From Leucoraja erinacea (lineage: Eukaryota), in the NCBI RefSeq assembly GCF_028641065.1, contig NC_073378.1, forward strand, positions 108,314,001 to 108,378,000: a DNA stretch of 64,000 nucleotides. The letters are read 5' to 3'. Below are positions 54,967 through 64,000 of this stretch, piece after piece; position 1 is the stretch's first letter; every line of letters starts with the position of its first letter. Both the position numbers and the translations under genes were made by a program. The notes under the pieces were generated by a model, which saw nothing but the letters and a program-made list of their open reading frames with translations, was not told the origin of the DNA and ran no database searches.

Positions 54967-56559
54967 AGCAGCAGCTTCCTATGACAAAAAAGGAACAAAA
55001 ATGTGCTTTAGGAATAGCGAAAAGGTCCATGCACAAATGCACTGTAGTTATAATTTGCAGTTATTTTTAAGAAAGTCAAAGGATGTAAGTTGAAAACAAA
55101 TTACATACTCTTAGATATTTCCATAATATAATGGCCTAAACTCAAGATTTAATTAATAAGTAATGACCAAAAATATATCTCCATATAATCTTTATCACAA
55201 TAATTTACAATTTCATTTGTACAATCATTGCTGATAGAGAATCAATAACCTGGCCCAACATTACAGCATGGAAATAGGCCTTTCTGCCCAACTCATCCTG
55301 GCCAACAAAGACGCCACATTAAAATAGTCCCATATGCCTGTGGATGGCCCATATTCCTCGAAATCCTTTCTTTCCAATGTACCTGTGTAAGTGGTTTAAA
55401 TGCTCTTAAAGTACCTCCCTCAACTACCTCCTCTGACAGCTCATTACATATAAACCAGTATCCTCCGAGTTAAAAAATTGCCCTTCACTTTCTTTAAATC
55501 CTTTCCCTCTCATCTTCAGCCTGTGCCCTTCTTGATTCACTGATCCTGGGAGAAATGAGTTTAAATATCTCTATAAGAGCACCCGTCAGCCTCCTGCACT
55601 ACAAGGAATAAATTCCTAGCCAACCAAACCTTTCCAGAAAGCTCAGGACCTCGAGTCCTGGCAACATCCTCGTAAATTTTCTCTGCACTCTTTCCAGCTT
55701 AACAGCACCCTTCCTGTAGCAAGAAGACAATTCTCCAACTGAGGCTCAACAACATCTAGTGCAACTGTAACATAATATCCCAACTTCAACTTCATGTTCA
55801 ATTTTCAGGTGATGTGAAAACTGGTTGTGCTGGTGATAATGTGGAGGGTAGTCTTTGCCTCTAAATGAATTGGGAAGACAGAGCAACAGCAGGTGGAATT
55901 TAATCCTAAAGTGATCTAATGCATATTGGAAAGAATCCTTAGGCTAGGATATATGTGATGAATGGTCAGACCCGAGGAAGTACTGTGGAACTGACACATC
56001 TTCAAATAGATGCCCAACAATCCCTGAGAACAGGTAGATAACGGGTTTTAAATGAATATTGGGTATTTGCTTTCATTAGGAATAGAAAGAGTACGTAATG
56101 GTGCAATCTTTGGTTGGACCTCAGTTGGAATATTGTGTGCAGTTTACGTGCAGCACATTACAGGATGGGGATGAGTGCATTGAAAAGGGAGCAGAGTAGA
56201 TCCTCCAGGCTGTCACCTGGGATTGAGGGGGGACTGGATGTTTCCCTTGAGGCAGACATGGATCCTGGTACAAGTTTACAAAATGATGTGGGGCATGGAT
56301 TGGGTACACTGCAAGAGGCTTCTCCCCCACCAGTGGGAACAGGATTTCGGTGAGGATTAGAGATCTGAGGATTAGAAGATTTTTTTTCAGTGGGATGAGG
56401 CTGTGGGTTGAGGGTGTGGTTGAGGCAGAGGCTTTGCGATATATCTGGACATTGACATTGGAGGAGATGGATCAGCAGTGGGTTGGCATGGGGATGATGG
56501 GGATAGGGCCTGGACCGCTCGGATTCTCTCTCCATGGATGTTGCCTGAACTAGTTGATG

Positions 56560-56945
56560 TAACCCCCCCCCCCCCCCCCATTTCTCACTCAGACCACCTC
56601 TCTCTCTACCCCACCACACCCCCCCAAAATCCCACCTTCTCCCCCAACCCCCCCCCTCGCCCCCACCCCATCATGCCCGATCCACCCCCATCCGTACTCC
56701 ACCACCAATGCCCCGCTCCTGCCCCCAACAGTCCCCCACCCCATCCCTACTCCACCCCATCCCCACTCCACCCCCCATCCCTACTCCACCCCACATCCCC
56801 ATCACTACTCCACCCCATCCCTACTCCACCCCATCCCTACTCCACCCCCCATCCCCCATCCCTACTCCACCCCCCCATCCCTACTCCACCCCCCATCCCT
56901 ACTCCCCCACCCACCCCATCCCTACTCCACCCCATCCCCCATCTC
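56560..56945. repeat. C-rich minisatellite (ccccatccctactccac)n in FASTKD3 intron 1
   Basis: Directly visible; source of the spurious Pro-rich ORF. Confidence 0.9.
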
Positions 56946-57105
56946 ACTCCAAACCCCGCACTCGTCCCCGGATCCTCACCGGTGCATCCGCGGCGCCGAC
57001 GGCCAACCGATAGCCTTCCCCGAGTTCCGCTCCTCATGTCCATAAACTGAGCGTTTCCCCGGAGTTTACAGCGCGGCGGACTGACGGCGTTCCCGCAGTT
57101 TACAG

Positions 57106-57125
57106 CAAAGATCATAGAGGCTTTG
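57106..57125. mobile_element. 20-bp micro-element of the same family, TSD gtttacag
   Basis: caaagatcatagaggctttg; perfect 8-bp TSD. Confidence 0.7.
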
Positions 57126-57165
57126 GTTTACAGCGCGGCAGGCGGCGCTGTCTCACAGTCCCCAA

Positions 57166-57199
57166 CAAAGATCCTAGAGGAGCTCCTCTAGTATCTTTG
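57166..57199. mobile_element. 34-bp palindromic micro-element, TSD gtccccaa/gtccccac
   Basis: caaagatcctagaggag/ctcctctagtatctttg. Confidence 0.72.
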
Positions 57200-57225
57200 G
57201 TCCCCACACCAGCCCCCGTTGGAAG

Positions 57226-57242
57226 CAAAGATAGGATCTCTG
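57226..57242. mobile_element. 17-bp micro-element of the same family, TSD gttggaag
   Basis: caaagataggatctctg; perfect 8-bp TSD. Confidence 0.65.
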
Positions 57243-57992
57243 GTTGGAAGTTGCTTCCACCAGGAGTTATGGTAAAAAAAAACACTGTTGGAGGAACTCA
57301 GTGTCGAGAAGCAAATGTGAAGGCAAAGGGTTGATCAACTTTGCTGAGCGCTTTCACACGAGAAATAAGGCGCCACACGGTGATCTGAAGGAGAGGGATT
57401 TAACAACCAAATTAGTGAAATACCAGCGTAACCCAAATAATTCAGCACTCCTTTGCAGCTATTGCATTCTCTGTCTTTGCGGTCATTGCAACAGCAGAAG
57501 ATACTCACAATGCACGTTTGTGCTATACATTTCATCTAACATGAAGACACAGGAGACTGCAGATGCTGGAATCTTGATCAAGAAACAAAGTGCTGGAAGA
57601 GCTCAGATGGTCTGACAGCTTCCGTGGAAGGAATGGGCAGATGCCGTTTTGAGTAGGGATTCTTCATCAGACTGATGGAGTGGGGCCTCAAGTTCGGTAA
57701 GAAGTAGGTGTAGGACAAAGCCTGGCAAATGTGGGCTAAATGGCCTGTTCCTTCCTCTACCTTACCGTTCCACATGATACAGGTGAGGAGTGTTTGATGT
57801 TGGTTATCAGATGGGTGATAGGGGTTACAAAAGATGGAAACATAGAAACATAGGTGCAGGAGTAGGCCATTTGGCTCTTCGAACCAGCACCGCCATTCAA
57901 TAAGGTGATTTCACGAAAGGTCACTGGAGCGTAGATCCGCACCCACGTGACCGAAAATTTGAAGTCAGCTGTCAGCTGTCAATTGGACAAAA

Positions 57993-58237
57993 TTAGGACA
58001 TTTTATTATTTTCCAAAATATATTTCTCAATGTTTCTTGTTTAAAGCCTGCACATGCACATTCACCCAAACTACTTATTTATTTATTTCTTTACCATCGA
58101 ATACATTCCATGCTGCAGGCTTGTCTGTTATTAGATGATAAATAAATAAATAAATAAATAAGTAGTTTGGGTGAATGTGCAGGCTTTAAACAAGAAACAT
58201 TGAGAAATATATTTTGGAAAATAATAAAATGTCCTAA
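57993..58237. repeat. Long near-perfect inverted repeat (~90-bp arms) inside a DNA-element insertion that interrupts a CR1 tail
   Basis: ttaggacattttattattttccaaaata... versus ...tattttggaaaataataaaatgtcctaa. Confidence 0.85.
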
Positions 58238-58499
58238 GCCCTAAGAGGTAAATCTAACTCTCTCTTGAAAACATTCAGTAAATTTGCCTCCACTGCTTTC
58301 TGTGACAGAGAATTCCACAAATGCACAACTCTCTGGGTGAAAAAGTTGGAAGATGAGCTTCATTTACGGATCATGTTAGCACGGAAAACATTCCGCCCAC
58401 CCGGCACACAGATAAAACTCCAGCTGTTAATATCTTCAAGGTATGTGTTGGCTCACTCTGTACTGCCTGCATCATTTGGCATATCTTCCCGCATGTTTT

Positions 58500-58940
58500 A
58501 GCAGAAAAGTTACAGATAACAGCGCCCTGCACCGCCCGAGATAGCCCCAGCACCTACGTCACTGATCCTTGCCGGGAACTCCCGACACCCGCCTGACGTC
58601 ACCGCGCTGCACCCGCCTCCCCTTCGCTCATTGGCTCACTACCGTCGTCCTCCAGACGCGATTGGACAGTGGTGCTGTCCATCAGGGGGTGGGCGGGCCA
58701 TTGCGCACTTCCGCCTGGTGTCGATGTTGCGAGTGAGTGGAACGTTGAGTGTATCCAGGGGGAGTTCCCATCTACTCTCACTGCTCACACACAAGCCGCT
58801 CATCACCAGCCGTGCCGCCCACTGTCGTCTCTCTCAACCCAGCGGGGTTCACTATTGTATATCGTTTCTCAGCCTGAGGGCACTTCTTCCCGCGGCTCCC
58901 ACGAAAAGGACATTTGTCGTAATCAGTCCACCAACGTAAG
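58500..58940 (+). promoter_or_regulatory. Promoter and probable non-coding first exon of a divergent + strand gene (possibly MTRR, which is head-to-head with FASTKD3 in mammals)
   Basis: Full CRE tgacgtca at 58594, two ATTGG boxes, GC box, ETS cacttccg; donor AAC|GTAAGT at 58936. No MTRR coding exon was recognised in the window. Confidence 0.5.
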
Positions 58941-59179
58941 TAACACACGTGTAGGAAAGGAAGTGCAGATGCTGGTTTACACCGAAGAAAGACACAAAGT
59001 GCTAGAGTAACTGGCAATAACTGGAGTAAGTCAGGGTCGGGCAACATCTCTGGAGAAAAGGAGTAGGTGACATTTCGGATCGCGACCCTTCTTCACCTAT
59101 TCCTTTTCTCCAGAGATGCTGTCTGACCCACTGAGTTACTCCAGCTTCTTGTGCCTATCTTAAGTGACAAGGTTTCAAG

Positions 59180-59207
59180 CAAAGATCCTATAGCTATAGG
59201 ATCTTTG
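59180..59207. mobile_element. 28-bp perfect palindromic micro-element, TSD gtttcaag
   Basis: caaagatcctatag/ctataggatctttg. Confidence 0.75.
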
Positions 59208-59241
59208 GTTTCAAGGCCAGTTTATTGTCACATGTACCAAT

Positions 59242-59608
59242 AAGTGAGTTTGGTATTCCGAAAAACGCAAGGAATCATGGGATTTGTCAAAGGTCACTCG
59301 CGATAAACACCCCCCGACAACCGTGCCGCCGCATGCACATGGACCCGCGCCCAATCACAGCCAGGTCGAACCGCCACTGTACCGTCCCCGTTCCGGCCCC
59401 CGGAGCGCACCATTCCCGTCCGGGGGCGACCGGAGACGACAGGGCCACCCCGGACATCCATGGCCGCCCCCGGACAGGGACGGGACACCTGGGAGGGGAC
59501 GGGTACAGCCCAGCAGCAACTCAACAGTGCCAGAGACCCAGGACTGAGAATGATTATCGCGAGTGACCCATGATCTGAGCATGTGCAGTCGGAATACCGA
59601 ACTCGCTT
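59242..59608. mobile_element. MITE with 20-bp TIRs and AT duplication (ISL2EU/PHIS-like)
   Basis: TIRs aagtgagtttggtattccga / tcggaataccgaactcgctt; inner 15-bp IR at 59292-59306 and 59554-59568; the uninterrupted host site accaattaaggtacag is seen near 32248. Confidence 0.65.
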
Positions 59609-61044
59609 ATTAAGGTACAGTGAAATTCGAATTACCACATGTTGTTTCTGACGTACTGACGGCTGCGGTTTATGCTGCATTGAGTTTGGGATTGTCGATG
59701 ATGATTTGCCAGGGTCCACTTGTCATAAAGAATTTACACTCGTTTGAATCACACTGTAACTTAATAAATTGCAAGGGTTATGCCTCCAATTGTGTAGGGA
59801 GTGTGTAAAACTAGTGTGTGAATGGATGATGATTGATGGTGGGGCATGAACTTGGTGGGCCGAAGGGCCTGTTTCCATGTTGTATTTTTAAATTAAACAC
59901 CACCTCTTTTTACCCTTTCACCTCTGCTTTATTCAGCTTTACTACAATCAGTACCAGGAAAGGTTCCCAACCGAAACTTTGCCGGTTCATTCCCTCCACA
60001 AATGCCGCCTAATCCACAGTTCTTTTAGCAGTTAATGTTTTGCCAGCTGTATTACTTTATTCAACCAACATGAATGATGATTACAGACGATTTTTATAAT
60101 AAACTACAAATTATTTAACAAACTGCAGTATTATGTAATTTCAATTGATCAATATGGATGTCTTTATGTATTTTGGGGAGATTAGTGAATTGGGCGGGGA
60201 AGGGAACACTGAAGGAAAGGAGATTCAGACATGGGAAGGATTGGTGATAAGACAGAGTTGAAATGAGGGTACACAAAAATGCTGGAGAAACTCAGCGAGT
60301 GCAGCAGCATCTATGGAGCGAAGGAAATAGGCAAAACTTCGGGCTGAAACCCTTCTTCAGACTGATTTTCCAGCATCTGCAGTTCCTTTTCAAACACAGT
60401 TGAAATGAGGGTGGGCAGTGTTCTGTTTCTGATCACTGTTTAAAATATTTAGAAATAACAGCTGTACACATTTCAACTGTACTGAGTTGAAATCTGACCC
60501 AGTTTCTTCAGCGCTGTGTGGTACTGTAATAGATGTAACTTATCATCTCAGAGCTGATGTGTTTATTGTTAGTAGATGCACAGCAGTATCAGCCAACATT
60601 CATCTGGGAGAACTTTTCTCTCTGATTGTTGGAATTTAAGACTTGCTCCAGAGAAGAAAGAGCTTGAATCCAGGCAGCAGACTCCAGTATGGGAATGCCA
60701 TTGTTTTGGAGATGTCATTTTATACATGAGGTTTTTCAATTGAGTTTCTAATGATCGTTTGGCTCGCGTGGAAGATTTTATGGAGATAATTCAACAGAAA
60801 ATGTGGCATAATTTTCTACAGCATTCTTCGCAAATTAGTTGAACACCACAGAACTTTACACAGGGCAATATTCATATTATTTAATAGTGAACACAAGGCA
60901 ATACTCCAAAAATGTGTTGAAAGGAAGCGGCTCTAAGGAGAGTAACAAAAACATGGACAAAGGCCATTCTGCCAAGGTAGCTAAAAACATGGCTATCGAT
61001 AGAAGGTTGATTTTGTTTATTACTCTGCTAGTTTTATAATTCTG

Positions 61045-61735
61045 TTTAAACCAAGCCAGGATAGACACAAAAAGCTGGAGTTAACTCAGCGGGACAGGCA
61101 GCATCTCTGGAGAGAGGGAATGGGTGACATTTCGGGTCGAGACACTTCTTCAGACTGGTTGGGGATAAGGGAAACGAGAGATATAGACAGTGATGTGGAG
61201 AGAGAATGAACAATGAATGAAAGATATGCAAAAAAGTAATGATGATGAAGGAAACAGGCCATTGTTAGCTGTTTGTAGGGCGAAAACGAGAAGCTAGTGT
61301 GACTTGGGTGGGAGAGAGATAGAAAGAGAATGAATGCCGGGGCTACCTGAAGTGAGATAAATCAATATTCATACCACTGGGCTATAAACTGCCCCAGCGA
61401 AATATGAGATGCTGTTCCTCCAATTTTCATTTAGCCTCTCTCTGACAATGGAGGAGACCTAAGACAGAAAGGTCTGTGTAGGAATGGGAAGGAGAATTAA
61501 AGTGTTCAGCAACCGGGAGATCAGGTTGGTTCACACTGGATGAGCGAAGGTGTTCTGCAAAACAATCGCCCAGTCTGCGTTTGGTCTCGCCGATATATAA
61601 GAGTCCACATCTTGAACAACGGATCCAGTAGATGAGGTTGGAGGAGGTGCAAGTGAACCTCTGCCTAACATGAAAGGATTGTCGGGGTCCCTGGACAGAG
61701 TTGAAGGAGTAGGTATAGTGACAGGTGTTGCATCT
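61045..61735 (-). mobile_element. Penelope-like element 3' fragment (GIY-YIG endonuclease remnant plus terminal repeat)
   Basis: 61735-61343 translates to RCNTC...RQRFTCTSSNLIYWIRCSRCGLLYIGETKRRLGDCFAEHLRS...HFN...LEEQHLIFR...GMN with stops. Related fragments at about 44540-45220 and 62110-62435, plus many short terminal-repeat pieces. Confidence 0.85.
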
Positions 61736-64000
61736 TTCCTCCTCCTCCCTCGTTTGTTTATTTCCTTCTCCCTCGTCTCTGCACCTGCAGTTCCTTCTTA
61801 AACCAAGCCTGGGTTCTTATGATTTTTCATTACCTGATCTGGAGGCATTTGCAGAAAACCTGAGAAGAACTCTTGCTCTACTGGGTGTGCATTACGGTAA
61901 ATCAAGAACAGAGGATTCACAGTCACACAGCTTGGAAATAGACAGTTTGGCCCAACTTTCTCATACCGACCAAGACGCCTCATCTATTCTAGTCCCACCT
62001 GCCTGCGTTTGGCCCTTATATTCCTCTAAATCTTTATTATATACTAGACCAAGTGGGACCCGTTGACCTCCCCCCCCCTCCTCCAACAACAACAAAGCAA
62101 ACATAAAATGTAGATGGGGACAGTTAGACCGGTCAGAGAACTGGGAAGGGGGAGGGATGGAGAGAGAGGAAAGTAAGGGTTACTTGAAGTTAGAGAAGTC
62201 AATATTCATACCATTACGGTGTAAGCTGCCCAAATGAAATATGAGGTGCTGTTTATTTTCACACCTTACACTTCCTTATCCATGTGTCTCCCTCTCCCCT
62301 GACCAGTCTGAAGAAGACTCGACCTGAAACGTCACCCATTCTGTCTCTCCAGAGATGCTGCCTGTCCCGCCGAGTTACTCCAGCTTTTTGTGTCGATCTT
62401 TGATTTAAACTAGCATTTGCAGTTCCTTCCCACACAAAAAGGTGCTTTTATTGAATTGATATGACAGATTAATTGCAAAGTATATACAAAGTACTGAACT
62501 TATTTACTAAAGACAAAGATTGCAGGCTGTCAGTTCACAGTGCAAGGCCACATAAGAGATTTGCTCGGCAAATTGACAAGGCAATATTTTCTATTTATAA
62601 TTGTACAACTTTCAGCTGTTTGAAAAAATATATATCCATTTCTAATTAGTTAAAGTACCAACTTCCTTTTTTGCCTACAATACAATCAGAATCCATAGTG
62701 TACAGAGGGTGCACTGTGGAAACATTACCATTCAGAGAAAATATTTCACACAGGAATGTATCTTCACATCATATGGGATTCAATAGGAGGGAAAATGGTT
62801 AGCATTTAAAAAAATTGTGATTATGGACCCCTTCATATTCATAGTTTTCAGAGGGTAGTTGATAAGGTGCTAAAGAAAGGTACTCTGAGAATATTAAAAG
62901 CTCATGTTAATGTGTTGTGGGTGGAAGATTAGCGACCTGACAGAAAACAGTTTATTTTTTGTTTAGTCTTTGGCACCAAATGATATGCCACAGGGTTTGA
63001 TGCTGGGTACCTAAAGTTTCATAATTTATAAAATGACTTGTATACAGGCAACATATATAGTTATGAAATTTGCTGACAGGTAGGAAGATGCATTGTGAAG
63101 AGATCACAGTGAGGTTACCAAGGCATGCATGTTGCTTGATTAAGTGAGTGGTGGTAAAAACAGCAAGATTTTCATTGTACCCGTACCTCTCAGTTCTAGT
63201 GCATATAATCATAAACATAAAACTTGTTTTGATTGTATATTAATGTAGCTATATTGAACAAGTGGCATCACAGTGATGATACAGTGCAAAGCGTTTAGCT
63301 GCATCCAATGCACTCAACTGTTTTTGATATTATATGTTGTTTTTAATTGACTGAAGTCAGCCTTCAATAATGGTCAGCTTTTTAGGAAGCGTTTGAAATA
63401 GATCATTCTACTCAAAATCTTTTCTTGTAAGTGCTCTGGTCTTATTTTTCATTAACACTTTGGATTTTGCCACATGTTGAAAGTTAGAATGTTCTGGAGC
63501 CTCCTAACTCCAATGCCCTACCCCCACCCCAGTTACTCAAAATCTCACGTTATTTAATTGTCCACAACGATCAATGAGATCCAGCAAATCTACATTAAAA
63601 TGAAGGATCAATAAGCATAGACAATAGATTTGAATTACAGGAGCCCATAACTTTCAAGTGAGTTGTTGAAAGGCTGCAGGAAATTACTGAGATGGGAAGC
63701 TCATGGAGGGGTTTGGGAAAATAAGGTTGAGAATTTTAAAATTGAGCTGTGCTTAATCAATGGCTGGATTACTGAAACAAGGTATTGAGTCATTTCCCTT
63801 AATGGTACTTGAAGGACCAAAACCGCAGCTACCAATTTGGCTTGAGCAAATTGTTCGTGCATTTTCAGCACTGCAATATTGACTACACTTAAACAGAACT
63901 TCAGGATATTATTTTTTATTAAGGCTGCCATTGGGGTGCAAGTTTATTTTTTGCATGCATTGCATTTATTGAATAAAGTTCTGCAACTGGCTCAATGGTT

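Larger units (their letters stand above)
56960..57250 (-). promoter_or_regulatory. FASTKD3 CpG island and non-coding first exon
   Basis: CpG-rich; donor at 56979; about 2 kb upstream of the first coding exon. Confidence 0.65.

Noticed and set aside
56478-57050. 190-aa proline-rich ORF
   Set aside because: Translation of the C-rich minisatellite.
61854-61895. Small + strand exon-like segment as a first coding exon of MTRR
   Set aside because: The translation does not resemble the MTRR flavodoxin N-terminus, and it sits between repeat fragments.

Overview
Eukaryotic (vertebrate) genomic DNA. The repeat landscape (HE1-type V-SINEs, abundant CR1, Penelope and Rex1/Babar fragments) suggests a cartilaginous fish, probably a skate or ray; this is inference. 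Spliced genes read from the sequence: CHMP5 (+, 8 coding exons, 1948-19970, one GC-AG intron); BAG1 (+, 7 exons, 30005-40813); FASTKD3 (-, 54966-41352, with its penultimate RAP-domain exon duplicated and garbled); and an unrecognised small Cys-rich/Lys-rich gene (-, at least 3 clean phase-0 exons, 28601-24903) head-to-head with BAG1. Two further promoters/first exons point out of the window (about 785 on -, about 58900 on +). The most unusual non-genic signals are: (1) two copies of a ~135-bp TSD-flanked retroelement whose 5' end is exactly a compact HDV/CPEB3-like ribozyme fold; (2) five 17-36-bp palindromic inserts (CAAAGATCC...GGATCTTTG type), each with an 8-bp TSD and all at or next to CpG-island promoters; (3) many hammerhead-core motifs in Penelope terminal repeats; (4) Helitrons, one carrying a ~22-copy CCAAT-containing 30-bp array. 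All coordinates were read by eye, and repeat boundaries are approximate.
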